Assembly: GCA_043809315.1 (NCBI GenBank)
Contig: JAZDDX010000015.1
Location: forward strand, 21,481-85,480
Source of the DNA: Pseudomonadota bacterium
GTDB taxonomy: Bacteria > Bdellovibrionota_G > JALEGL01 > DATDPG01
Length of the DNA stretch: 64,000 nucleotides
Direction of reading: 5' to 3'
Part shown: positions 8,067 to 17,735 of the stretch, piece after piece
Numbering within the stretch: the stretch's first letter is position 1
Layout of the letters: each line of letters begins with the position of its first letter
Made by a program: the position numbers and the translations under genes
Notes under the pieces: generated by a model
Databases searched by the model: none
What the model was told of the DNA's origin: nothing
What the model saw: the letters and a program-made list of their open reading frames with translations, nothing else

Positions 8067-9773
8067 ATGACGAGAAGGGCGTGGATTGCGATTCCGTTGC
8101 TGCTCGGGATCTCGGTTCCGTTTGCAGAGGCCGCGAACTCCTCGGCTCTCTTTGACCGGGGGAGAGCCCGGTATCTCTCCGCCAAGACGATTCAGTCTCC
8201 GAGAATGAAGCGGACGGCCTACCTCCGCGCCGCCGGTGAGTTGAAGGAGTTCCTCGACCGTTATCCGAACAACCCTTCCGCGGCTACAGCCCTGTTCGAT
8301 CTCGGTTCGATCTACCGGGACCTTGCCGTGGCGTGGATGGACCGGGATGACGCGGGGCGGGCGCTCCATTACTACCGCAACCTGGTGCGGAAATCGCCGG
8401 GCGACCCGCGGGCCGACGATGCCGTCTACGAGGAGGGCTTGATCTGCGAAAAGGTCTTCCAAGACCTGAAGTGCCGGGACGAAGCGTTCGATCGGATCCG
8501 GGCTTTGTACCCGGCCGGGGACGTCGTGCGGCGCCTGCCGGCAAAAACCGTCGCCGGTTCCTCCGCCGCGCCGGCTTCCCGCGTGATTCCGTCCGCACCT
8601 TCCCCCACCGTTCGTTCGAGAGCGGAGATCGATTCGGTCACCTTCGTCGCCGAGGAGCCCAGCTACCTGCTGACGGTCACCCTCGACAGCTCTCCAACAA
8701 TCTCTTCCGGGTTCATTCCGGCCATTCCCGAACAGAACCTCCCGACCCGGTATTACATCGATATCGAGAATGCACATCTCCCGACAACGCTTAAGCCTCC
8801 GGGGATTCCGGAGAATGCCCCCGTAACGTCGGTTCGCCTGGGACAGAACACGATGGAGACGGTTCGGGTCGTTCTCGACCTTTCGGCCTCTTTAACCCCG
8901 GGGGATGTCACGGCGGAAACCGAAGGGAGTTCGGTGAAACTTACGTTCCGGCCCGCCGCTCTTGTGCAGGGGACGATGATGCCGACGATCGCTCCCACGC
9001 CGGTTCCGGCTCCCGAGAAGGTCGTCGCCCCGATCGTCCCGCGCCGGATGAAGATCGTGGTCGATCCGGGGCATGGCGGGGAGGATACCGGCGCCCGAGG
9101 GCGAAGAGGGACGCTCGAGAAGGATGTCGCGCTGGCGATCGGCAAGAAGCTCGACGCGCTGCTTTCGAAGTCACCGCATTACGAAGTTTTCATGACCCGG
9201 ACGGAGGATCGGGCGCTGGCCCTCGGGGACCGGACGAACTTCGCGAACCGGGTCGCCGGGGATCTGTTCGTGTCGATTCACGCGAACGCGGCGCCGCGCC
9301 GTGCCGCCCGAGGGGTTTCGACCTACCTGTTGGACAATGCGGATGATGAAGAATCGCTCCGCGTCGCCCGGCAGGAGAACGGCGAGCTGGCCGTGCCGCA
9401 AACCGGAACTTCGGGGAAGTCGGAGGAGTACTACCTCGAGGTGATGAAAGCCTCGATGATTAAGAACTTCCACACCACGCAGTCGGTCGATCTCGCGCGG
9501 AACGTTCAGAGCGAACTGGTCTCCTCGCTCAAGAAGGGACGTTGGGAGACGGAAGATCTCGGGGTTCGGAGAGCCGGGTTCTACGTGTTAACCGGGGCCA
9601 AGATGCCGGCGGTTTTGGTCGAGACCTCGTTTATTTCAAATCCCACGGAGGAACAGCATCTTCGAGATCCGCGCTACCAGGAGAGGGTTGCCCAGGCGAT
9701 TTTCCGGGGGATCGAGCGGTTCTTTACCGCCCTCGCCCGCGAACTGAGCCACGCCCGCTTGTATCGACCGTAG
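8067..9773 (+). CDS. N-acetylmuramoyl-L-alanine amidase (Amidase_3) with TPR-like and AMIN regions
   Basis: Signal peptide; IVVDPGHGGED, EKDVAL, FVSIHANA, PAVLVETSFISN. Confidence 0.92.
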   Translation: MTRRAWIAIPLLLGISVPFAEAANSSALFDRGRARYLSAKTIQSPRMKRTAYLRAAGELKEFLDRYPNNPSAATALFDLGSIYRDLAVAWMDRDDAGRALHYYRNLVRKSPGDPRADDAVYEEGLICEKVFQDLKCRDEAFDRIRALYPAGDVVRRLPAKTVAGSSAAPASRVIPSAPSPTVRSRAEIDSVTFVAEEPSYLLTVTLDSSPTISSGFIPAIPEQNLPTRYYIDIENAHLPTTLKPPGIPENAPVTSVRLGQNTMETVRVVLDLSASLTPGDVTAETEGSSVKLTFRPAALVQGTMMPTIAPTPVPAPEKVVAPIVPRRMKIVVDPGHGGEDTGARGRRGTLEKDVALAIGKKLDALLSKSPHYEVFMTRTEDRALALGDRTNFANRVAGDLFVSIHANAAPRRAARGVSTYLLDNADDEESLRVARQENGELAVPQTGTSGKSEEYYLEVMKASMIKNFHTTQSVDLARNVQSELVSSLKKGRWETEDLGVRRAGFYVLTGAKMPAVLVETSFISNPTEEQHLRDPRYQERVAQAIFRGIERFFTALARELSHARLYRP

Positions 9774-9779
9774 ACGGTC

Positions 9780-10610
9780 TTAGCCGCAATCGCCCGAGCT
9801 GAACAACCCCGGGGCGCCGCAGTCCCCTTCCCAGGGGGCGACTTGCGTCAACCCGTTCTGGTCGACCGCGCCGCTGATCTTGACGTGGTAGCGGGCCAAC
9901 GGATCGAACAGATCCGGATCGTCACACCCGATCGTAACACCCACATAATCGAACTCCGTGGTGAAGAAGAACCAGGGTTCGCCAAAGAATCTGCCGTTGG
10001 TAAGCCAGTCGATCCCGAGCGTGGTCTCGGTGACGTTCACCTTCGGTAAACCCCCGATCTCGTCCAGATCTTCGGAATACTCGATGACGAACGTGAGACA
10101 GCCGTCCGAGGTATCGATCCAAACCGATCTCACGGCGGGAGCCACGCCGGGAGTTACCCGGGACCCGACTCCATCGGTCGAGAAAAGGAGAGTGAAGCTC
10201 TGAACCATCGTTTTTCCGCTGACCGAACGGACGCTCGACCCGAGAGTCAATCGGTAACTCGCGCCGACGGAAAGAAGGTTGTGCGGTATGAAGTCGACTT
10301 CCAGGTTCGCGTTGGTCATCGTGACGTCGAAATCCGTGGTCACGTCGGTGGCCGCGCCCCCCACGATCCGGGTGATTTTGTATGCGTTCGCGAGGCTGGC
10401 CGGGTCGACCGGTTCCGTGAACCCAACCCGGATCATCGTATTCGTTTCCACACCGTAGTCCCCATTCCGTGGTTCTGAATCGGGAACCCCGAATCCACCC
10501 AGCGTATTGTAGAAGTCGCCGAGGGCTCGGGAGTTGGTTTTACTGCACCCGGCCGCCAGAACGATCAACGCCGCGAGGGTTGTTACGGTACGGAATCTTT
10601 TAGTCCACAT
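9780..10610 (-). CDS. Lipoprotein with SbsA/Big_5-type Ig-like domain
   Basis: LAAG-C lipobox; P.NG..GV..N..IRVGFTEPVDPASL...F.P...L..GASYRLTL..F.F.T pattern; RBS GAGGAG 6 nt before ATG 10610. Confidence 0.75.
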   Translation of the reverse strand: MWTKRFRTVTTLAALIVLAAGCSKTNSRALGDFYNTLGGFGVPDSEPRNGDYGVETNTMIRVGFTEPVDPASLANAYKITRIVGGAATDVTTDFDVTMTNANLEVDFIPHNLLSVGASYRLTLGSSVRSVSGKTMVQSFTLLFSTDGVGSRVTPGVAPAVRSVWIDTSDGCLTFVIEYSEDLDEIGGLPKVNVTETTLGIDWLTNGRFFGEPWFFFTTEFDYVGVTIGCDDPDLFDPLARYHVKISGAVDQNGLTQVAPWEGDCGAPGLFSSGDCG

Positions 10611-10640
10611 AGTCATCTCCTCTTTCACACCCAGATATCC

Positions 10641-10655
10641 GCAAGGCATGTGCCA
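10641..10655 (-). promoter_or_regulatory. sigma54 promoter (exact consensus)
   Basis: Minus strand TGGCAC-ATGCC-TTGC = TGGCAC-N5-TTGC. Confidence 0.75.
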
Positions 10656-10670
10656 AAGTGCCGTTTTGAT

Positions 10671-10699
10671 AACATACTATTATTATTGCATAGTATGTT
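10671..10699. repeat. Perfect 10-bp AT-rich inverted repeat upstream of the sigma54 promoter
   Basis: AACATACTAT-N9-ATAGTATGTT. Confidence 0.75.
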
Positions 10700-10771
10700 T
10701 ACGCCACGCGCAATATTGGGTGCCGAAACTGAGGCAGTGCCGCCGGCCTGCCCCATCTGTTTCTCACCGTT

Positions 10772-11788
10772 CTAGATCGACCCGAGGTAGGGAAGGCCGG
10801 TTTCCCGGACCACCTCTTCCGGAGATTGGAAATAGCGCAGGCGCCAACTGGAGAACTTCTTCCGGCGGAATCCGGCAAACAGGAGCGCCCCGAGTGGGAC
10901 CGACCAGGGGAGATGGTCGGGGGTCCGGAGGGGACGGATCGGTCGAGCGGTCGGGAGAGCCGCCAACTGAATGCCGTCGGGGTCTGCGATGATCGAAGCG
11001 TTTTTTTCGGCCGCCAGAAGCGTGTTCCAAGACGTGACCTGCGTGCGCGCCAGATCGATCCGGCCGCGCAGTTCGGGAAGGATCTCTTCGAGCTTCATCT
11101 TCCGGTCGAGCGGGACGGATGCCGTCACGATCTCCCGGTCGATTCCGTCGAGGCGCGCCGAAAGTGTTCGCATGATTCCGACGACCTCTTGCCGCTTTTT
11201 CTCGAAACGCACCTTCGTTTCGTCGGCGACCCGGTTCGGGATTGCCTCTTCCAGAATCTCAAGCTGTCTCTTCCGGTTCTCGAGGTCCGATTCGACGATT
11301 GCTCGCTCCCCTCTCAATTTGTCGATCCGGCGTTGCGCGGGGACCGTCTGGAGCTCGAGTTCCTTTATCTCCCGATCGTATCCGGCGAATTCGTCGTTCC
11401 AGGCCGTCAGTTTCGCCCGCGTCTCCCGCAGACGGTTCTTGAGCACGGCAATGTCGATCCATCCGATCCGGCCCGGGATGGTGCTGGAGAGAATCCTCGA
11501 GAGGGCCAGCGCATCGGTGCGACGGTGCACCGTGGCCGAGCACTCGACTTGGAGCGCGGTCGGGGTTTCCGAACAGTGCACCGGGTCGGGCACGTTGATC
11601 GGAAGGTCCTCCTTTTGAAGCTCGGTCCGGATGGCGGAGGTGACGTATTGAGGAAGATCGCCGGCTCCGGAACTCCTGGAAAGTTTGTACAGCTGCCGAA
11701 CCCGGTGAGCGGCGGGGATCGAGTGCATCAGGGCGGCCGACAGAAAACAGCAGAACAAGAATTCGACGGCGGAGCGTTTACCCCCCAT
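10772..11788 (-). CDS. Membrane-anchored coiled-coil protein, Wzz/GumC-like architecture
   Basis: N- and C-terminal hydrophobic segments, long coiled coil, C-terminus FQSPEEVVRETGLPYLGSI; overlaps the lnt stop. Confidence 0.6.
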   Translation of the reverse strand: MGGKRSAVEFLFCCFLSAALMHSIPAAHRVRQLYKLSRSSGAGDLPQYVTSAIRTELQKEDLPINVPDPVHCSETPTALQVECSATVHRRTDALALSRILSSTIPGRIGWIDIAVLKNRLRETRAKLTAWNDEFAGYDREIKELELQTVPAQRRIDKLRGERAIVESDLENRKRQLEILEEAIPNRVADETKVRFEKKRQEVVGIMRTLSARLDGIDREIVTASVPLDRKMKLEEILPELRGRIDLARTQVTSWNTLLAAEKNASIIADPDGIQLAALPTARPIRPLRTPDHLPWSVPLGALLFAGFRRKKFSSWRLRYFQSPEEVVRETGLPYLGSI

Positions 11789-13319
11789 GTCGCCGTTCCT
11801 TCCGCAGCACCACGAAGAGCAGAAGAACGAGCATGAGGAGGGGGATCAGGTACGGGTGCCGGACGTAAAATGTCCGTTCCGTCGATGGAGCGATATCGGC
11901 GGTCACGAACCCCCTTGTAAAGAACCGGGTGGGGGTGTGGATCCGTCCGACCGGGTCGAACCAGGTCGTGATGCCGGTGTTGGCTGAGCGGACCACCGGT
12001 CGGCGGGTTTCGACCGCCCGAAGCAGACCGAACCGGACATGCTGGTACGGACCCGAGGTTTGATCGAACCAGGCGTCGTTCGTGATGTTGACGAGAAAGG
12101 TCGCGCCCCGGTCGACGAAATCGAGCGACAGATCCGGGAAGATGATCTCGTAACAGATCAGGATCCCGAAAGGATGCCCGTTCACCTCGGCGAGGATCGG
12201 TTTCGACCCGGCCCGGAAATTCCCCGCGACGGGCGGGACGATGTATCGCATCGGGAGAAGATCGGAGAACGGAACGTACTCCCCGAACGGCACGAGATGC
12301 TGCTTGTCGTACCGGAAGCGGACCCCTCCGTCCGGCCCGATCACCAGCGCCGAGTTCCAGAACGCGATCTCGTTTTCCTGCCCGGAAGCGGTGGCGACTC
12401 CGGTGAGCAGTTGGGAGCGGCCAATCCATTTTCCGATGGCCGGGAGGGTGCGGATATCGCGGGGGAGGGTGAAGGGGAGGGCGGCTTCCGGCCAGACGAT
12501 GAGGTCCGGGGCCACCCGTAACGCTTCCCCGGTCAGCGTCCGGTAGTTCTCGAGAATCTCCCGTTCCTGTTCCGGATCGAGCTTCAGGTTTTCGGCGACG
12601 TTCCCCTGGAGGAGGGCCACGCGAACTCGATCCGTCGGCTCCGGTTGGGCACGGCGAGTCCGGATTTCGAGGATCCCGTAGGTCAACAGAACCAGAAAGA
12701 GCACTGCAGCCGAACCGGGCAAGAGGCGAGGAAGAGGCCGTCGCTCACGACGGGCGATCACCAGCTCCGCCAACGCGAAGTTTGTGAAGAAGATGACGAG
12801 ATTCAATCCGGTGACACCGATCCGATCGGCCGCCTGCACCAGATAGAGGCTCCCGGCCAATGCGTTCGCGGGGGCGGCCCAGGGGAACCCCCCGAAAGGA
12901 ACGTAGACCCGGACCCACTCCATGAGGGTGAAGAAAAGCGTCCCGGTGAGCCAGGCCGGGGCCCGGTTCCGGAAGACGGCGGTGGCGAATGCAGCCAAGG
13001 CCGAGTACGTCGCGAGAGCCAGAATCATGAGAGCCATGATTCCCCCGGACAGTAAGATCGAAAGTCCGCCGTATTTCTTCATCGCGATGATGATCCAGAA
13101 GAGGATCGCCCCATTCGCGATCACTCCGAACCCGAACGTTTTCCGAAAGCTTTCCGCGGGGGGGAGCCCGCGCAACAGGACGAACAACGGGACGAACGCG
13201 AACCAGATCACCGTTGCGGAGACCCAGTCCGGGATCAGGTTGGCGGAGTGAAAGGCGAAGGGGTAGGACAGAAAATAGAGAAACGCGCTCAAGAGGAGTG
13301 CATCCAGTTTAGAGAACAC
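11778..13319 (-). CDS. lnt: Apolipoprotein N-acyltransferase
   Basis: GGFPW, QGN, VWPEAA, YDKQHLVPFGEY, ICYE, TNDAWF, RSANTG. Confidence 0.96.
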   Translation of the reverse strand: MFSKLDALLLSAFLYFLSYPFAFHSANLIPDWVSATVIWFAFVPLFVLLRGLPPAESFRKTFGFGVIANGAILFWIIIAMKKYGGLSILLSGGIMALMILALATYSALAAFATAVFRNRAPAWLTGTLFFTLMEWVRVYVPFGGFPWAAPANALAGSLYLVQAADRIGVTGLNLVIFFTNFALAELVIARRERRPLPRLLPGSAAVLFLVLLTYGILEIRTRRAQPEPTDRVRVALLQGNVAENLKLDPEQEREILENYRTLTGEALRVAPDLIVWPEAALPFTLPRDIRTLPAIGKWIGRSQLLTGVATASGQENEIAFWNSALVIGPDGGVRFRYDKQHLVPFGEYVPFSDLLPMRYIVPPVAGNFRAGSKPILAEVNGHPFGILICYEIIFPDLSLDFVDRGATFLVNITNDAWFDQTSGPYQHVRFGLLRAVETRRPVVRSANTGITTWFDPVGRIHTPTRFFTRGFVTADIAPSTERTFYVRHPYLIPLLMLVLLLFVVLRKERRHGG

Positions 13320-13749
13320 GGGACACCTTCGGGAAAAGGCGGGCTTGAAGGCGGGTCATCCGGGCGGCCTCTCTGGGACCCGCGTGATCGTACCCCAGCA
13401 GATGAAGGAGCCCGTGAACGGCGAGCAACCCGCACTCGTCACGGAGGGGAACTCCTTCCCGACGGGCCTGGCGCCGGGCGGTCGGAACGGAGATCGCGAT
13501 GTCACCCAAAAGAAGACGCCCCCTCTTGCGATGGGCCTGACCCTGGGGGAAGGAGAGGACATCGGTCGGCCGGCGGATCTTCCGGTACGTTCCGTTCCAT
13601 GCGGCGATCGCGCGATCCGAGGTGAGGAGGAGGGAGACGTCCGCATCCCGGATCTTCAAGAGACGCAACGATCTCAGGAGAGTGTTCCGGAGCGCGCGGA
13701 CCAGCGCCGCGGCGTTTCCGATTTCATCTGCCACCCAAACCCGGTTCAA
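13309..13749 (-). CDS. ybeY: rRNA maturation RNase YbeY
   Basis: PTDVLSFP, LGDIAIS, HGLLHLLGYDH. Confidence 0.95.
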   Translation of the reverse strand: MNRVWVADEIGNAAALVRALRNTLLRSLRLLKIRDADVSLLLTSDRAIAAWNGTYRKIRRPTDVLSFPQGQAHRKRGRLLLGDIAISVPTARRQARREGVPLRDECGLLAVHGLLHLLGYDHAGPREAARMTRLQARLFPKVSRVL

Positions 13750-13752
13750 CGG

Positions 13753-14712
13753 TCAACCCTGCGGGTTCTCCGCCGCGTCGTAGGCGCGGACGATCCGTTG
13801 CACGAGCGGATGGCGTACGACGTCCGCATCGGTGAAACGAACGAACGCGATCCCTTCGATCGATTTCAGGAGGTCGAGCGCTTCGACGAGGCCGGAGGAT
13901 CTCCCCCCCGGCAAGTCGATCTGCGTGATGTCTCCCGTGATGACCGCCTTCGAATCGAAACCGAGACGGGTCAAGAACATCTTCATCTGCTCCGACGTCG
14001 TGTTTTGCGCCTCGTCGAGGATCACGAACGCGTTGTTCAGCGTGCGGCCGCGCATGAAGGCCAGCGGTGCGACCTCGATCACCCCCCGCTCGACCAGCTT
14101 CTGCGCTTTTTCGAATTCCATCATGTCATGGAGGGCGTCGTAGAGCGGGCGAAGATACGGGTTCACCTTCTCCGCGAGATCCCCCGGCAGGAACCCGAGT
14201 TTCTCCCCTGCCTCGACGGCGGGGCGGGTCAGGATGATCCGGTCGATCTGTTTCGCCAGCAGGGCCGACACCGCCATCGCCATCGCGAGATAGGTCTTGC
14301 CGGTGCCGGCGGGACCCCAGCTGAAGACGATGTCGTGCGTCCGGATCGCATCGGCATAGATCTTCTGCGTCCGGGTCTTCGGTGTGACGTGCTGGTGACG
14401 TGCCGAAACGCCGATCTGATCCAGGAAGATGTCGGATAAGCACTGCGACGGGTCGTGCTCCAGCAGACGGATCGAGATCTCCACATCGGCCGGTTTGAGC
14501 GGATACCCGCGTTTCACGACATCGTAGAGTTCGCGCACGATCCGAAGCGCGAGCTGGCACTTCTCCGGTGTCCCCCGGAACGTGAGTTGGCTCCCCCGAA
14601 CGAGGATCTGGATCGCCAGGGCGCGCTCGATCTGGTCGATGTGGCGGTCCTTCTCGCCGAAGACGACGCGCGCGAGGTTCGTGTCTTCGAGCTGCAACGT
14701 AGGTTCAGTCAT
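13753..14712 (-). CDS. phoH: PhoH family ATPase (YbeZ-like)
   Basis: [40 protein letters not shown]. Confidence 0.96.
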   Translation of the reverse strand: MTEPTLQLEDTNLARVVFGEKDRHIDQIERALAIQILVRGSQLTFRGTPEKCQLALRIVRELYDVVKRGYPLKPADVEISIRLLEHDPSQCLSDIFLDQIGVSARHQHVTPKTRTQKIYADAIRTHDIVFSWGPAGTGKTYLAMAMAVSALLAKQIDRIILTRPAVEAGEKLGFLPGDLAEKVNPYLRPLYDALHDMMEFEKAQKLVERGVIEVAPLAFMRGRTLNNAFVILDEAQNTTSEQMKMFLTRLGFDSKAVITGDITQIDLPGGRSSGLVEALDLLKSIEGIAFVRFTDADVVRHPLVQRIVRAYDAAENPQG

Positions 14713-15835
14713 GCACTTCGTCCCAAAAGATCATCGTGTAACGTTCTCCTTTGCTCGTATATTTCCACCCCGCGGACTCTTCCGGCGGTTCGAGTGCCCC
14801 CAGCGACGCGGGGTATTCCCCGTTTTCCAGTCGATAGAGTTCGAGACGTGTCTGGATTCGCCTCTTCTGTTCCTCGGCACGTAGCCGGCCGATCGAATAG
14901 ACGTCCCGATAGATCTGTCCCGCCCCCGCGCGGAACTCCCCGAATCGACTATTCCAGTGGGAGCTGACGCCGAACGCACCGATCGGTACGAGAAGCGATA
15001 AACCGAAGACGAGAAGGAGGAACCGGTACGCCCCGGCGAACCAGACCGTCAGGTTCTCCGGTTGGGAGTGGGAGAGCTTCGTGTCGATCCGTGTTTGGGA
15101 AAGGGACTCGAGTTTGGCGACCAGGCCGCGTTCGAGCAGTCCGGCCACGGCCCGACAAGCATCAAAGGTTCCCAGGCGGCTCAGGTAGATGACTTCCTGG
15201 AGGGAGCGGTGTCCGTCGAGAAGGCGGAGAACCCGGACCTCCTCGGGCGAAAAGGAGGCTTCCTTTTCCGGTTCCTGCGTTTCCTCGAGGTCGGCGGGAT
15301 CGACCAGCGAACGGAAGACGTTCTCGGTAGCACCGATCTTCCGGACGACCCCCGGCCACTCGTCGAGCATCCGAAAGCAGTCCATCAGGGCCCCTTCGGC
15401 CGCTTGCGTTTTGATGATCGTTTTGTTGTACCGGATCTGTTCCGGCGTGAATTTGTACAGGCCGTCCTTCCATTGGAAGAGGCGGAACAGCACCTCTTTG
15501 AGCTGGAGGGCGACGAACTCCCCGAGTGTCGCGGGGCTGATCGATCCCATGCCGATCAGGATGTCCCCGAGACTTCGTAGCGAGGTCTTCTGATCCTCGA
15601 CGGCTGCGTCGAGTTGGTCGGAAGTGATCGCTCCGGCGCGCAAGAGCATGGTTCCCAGAAGGAATTCCTGGTCGCTCTTCCGGAACGTTCCCAGAACGAG
15701 CCGCCCGGCATCGAAAACGACGTGAGCCTCCCGATCCTTCGTGCGCACGGCGAGCGACCCCGACTTCTGCTGCTGGCCGATCAGCTGGACGATGTCGGCG
15801 ATCGCGAAATCTTTCAAGGTTCCTTGGAGTGCCAT
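14705..15835 (-). CDS. DUF4388 domain membrane protein
   Basis: [45 protein letters not shown]; one TM then [15 protein letters not shown]. Confidence 0.85.
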   Translation of the reverse strand: MALQGTLKDFAIADIVQLIGQQQKSGSLAVRTKDREAHVVFDAGRLVLGTFRKSDQEFLLGTMLLRAGAITSDQLDAAVEDQKTSLRSLGDILIGMGSISPATLGEFVALQLKEVLFRLFQWKDGLYKFTPEQIRYNKTIIKTQAAEGALMDCFRMLDEWPGVVRKIGATENVFRSLVDPADLEETQEPEKEASFSPEEVRVLRLLDGHRSLQEVIYLSRLGTFDACRAVAGLLERGLVAKLESLSQTRIDTKLSHSQPENLTVWFAGAYRFLLLVFGLSLLVPIGAFGVSSHWNSRFGEFRAGAGQIYRDVYSIGRLRAEEQKRRIQTRLELYRLENGEYPASLGALEPPEESAGWKYTSKGERYTMIFWDEVHD

Positions 15836-15837
15836 CG

Positions 15838-17634
15838 TCAGCTGCGGATCGCTTGGATCGCCTCCGTCAGGTAAACCAGGCCGAAGACCAGGAAGGCGAA
15901 TTCGGTGCCCGGGAAGGAGGGGAGGCCCGCCATTGAATTCGGATCCCGGAGGAGAAGGCTCGTGAACCCTCCGCGGATCAGGAGCCAGAGCGACAGCGAG
16001 AGCCCAAACACGCCGCGGAGATAATTTTCACGGAAGAAGTGTTGGAGACCGGGGAGGAGAAGCGTGCACCATCTCCCTCCGAAAGCTTCCCAGTAGGCGT
16101 GGATGGGGCTGTATTCACGTTTGAACGCACGGGACATCTTCGGATCGAAGACGTCGACCGACGCCGACTGCGGGCGGACGGCGGCCGCGCCGAACGCCTC
16201 ACGGACGTTTCCGGCGGGCCATTTCAGACCCACCCCGAAGCTCAAGACGAGAACCACGGAGAGAAGAGCCCAGAACCGTGTGAGCGAGATGCCGGGAAAA
16301 TAATCGTCGAACAGGCCGTTCCGGATCGTCGTCAGGTCGTCGGAGAACCCCCAGATCCGGGATCGGATCTCTTCGGGGGAGATCGACTCGTCCATCAGGA
16401 ACCCGGTGGGATCGGAGGCGTTGCTTAAGCGGTCGAGGTCGGCGAATCGTTGCGCGTCAAGATCCCTGGCCCGTGTGAGCGATATCCGGGCTTCGTCCAA
16501 ACGACGCTGGTCGAGATAGATCTTGCCCAGATTGAAGTTCGCGACCACGGAGCGAGGATTCATCGAAAGAGCTTTCTGCAGAGATGCTACCGCCTCTTCG
16601 GGAGCCTTTTCGATGTGAGAAATGGTGGAGAGGTTGACGATCGGCTTGTACCATCCGGGTCGGAGCGCGGCGGCTTTCTGATAGTCACGCTTCGCCTCGT
16701 CCAGGCACCCGGTCTCTTTCTCGATCCGGCCGAGCGTGAAGAACGCTTCCGCATCGTCCGGGTGATCCGCGACCCAACGCCCCAGCCGGAGCGCCCGCTC
16801 CTCGAAAAGGTCCCCCTCGAACGGCTGCTCGAGAATCGGAACGATCGAGTGGTGGTATCGGATCGTTAGAGAGGGGCCGTACAGGGCGAGCGGGAAAAGT
16901 CCGACCGCGAGCCAGAACAGGAAGAGGACGCCGCGCTCTCCGCGAGACGTGTACCTCCAGAGAAGGGCGAACAGGATCAACGCCGGTCCGAGCCACCCGA
17001 CGAGAGACCACGAAAGGAGCGAGAGCAGAAAAAAGAGAACGCCGATTCCGGAGGGCGAGGCCCAGGGGATCGCTTGCGACAGGGCACGGCAGACGGGAAT
17101 CCAATACCGGCTCAAGAGGAAGAACAGGAACAGAATCCCGACGGACGCGATCGTCGCGAGGAACGTCACGAAGAGGTTCGTGATCACGCGAAGGCGGGAA
17201 TCGGTCCGTTCCCAACTCGCACGGGCTCCCTGGATACAACTCGGGAGGGCCGTGGTCGAGGTCACGAGATCCCAGATTCCACCGCACGAAAAATAGGAAA
17301 CCGCCGGGAATCTCGGAGCGAAACTCTCCGCGTAGGCGAGGAGCTCCGCTTTCTGGCTCCCTCCCCGTTCCCGGATCTCTTGAAGGAGCGCGAGCGAAAT
17401 ATTCGGCAGAGCGGTGATGCCGTATTTCCGGGAGATCTTCTGGATCTGATCGAGCTGCTTTCCCCCCAGGCGGTCCGTTCCGACGGCGACGACCTCCTTC
17501 CGAACCCGCCAGGCGTCCGCGATCTCCTGGCGCGGATGGTCCCATTCGCCGGGAATTTCCGCGAACAGGCTCCCCGACAGCAGAAGGAGGCCTGCCGCGA
17601 TCAGCGGATGGAACAGCTTAGACGAAAAAAGCAT
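15838..17634 (-). CDS. TPR-containing multi-pass membrane protein
   Basis: Signal peptide, TM cluster, TPR motifs (HPDDAEAFFTLGRI; NPRSVVANFNLGKIY). Confidence 0.8.
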   Translation of the reverse strand: MLFSSKLFHPLIAAGLLLLSGSLFAEIPGEWDHPRQEIADAWRVRKEVVAVGTDRLGGKQLDQIQKISRKYGITALPNISLALLQEIRERGGSQKAELLAYAESFAPRFPAVSYFSCGGIWDLVTSTTALPSCIQGARASWERTDSRLRVITNLFVTFLATIASVGILFLFFLLSRYWIPVCRALSQAIPWASPSGIGVLFFLLSLLSWSLVGWLGPALILFALLWRYTSRGERGVLFLFWLAVGLFPLALYGPSLTIRYHHSIVPILEQPFEGDLFEERALRLGRWVADHPDDAEAFFTLGRIEKETGCLDEAKRDYQKAAALRPGWYKPIVNLSTISHIEKAPEEAVASLQKALSMNPRSVVANFNLGKIYLDQRRLDEARISLTRARDLDAQRFADLDRLSNASDPTGFLMDESISPEEIRSRIWGFSDDLTTIRNGLFDDYFPGISLTRFWALLSVVLVLSFGVGLKWPAGNVREAFGAAAVRPQSASVDVFDPKMSRAFKREYSPIHAYWEAFGGRWCTLLLPGLQHFFRENYLRGVFGLSLSLWLLIRGGFTSLLLRDPNSMAGLPSFPGTEFAFLVFGLVYLTEAIQAIRS

Positions 17635-17735
17635 AGAATTCCGCCCACATCGTACACAACGCGCCTGTGCCTTGCCAACAAACCCGCCGGTCGGTTCTTG
17701 ACAACGAGTCGGTCGTCACGTTCTCTGCCGTTACT

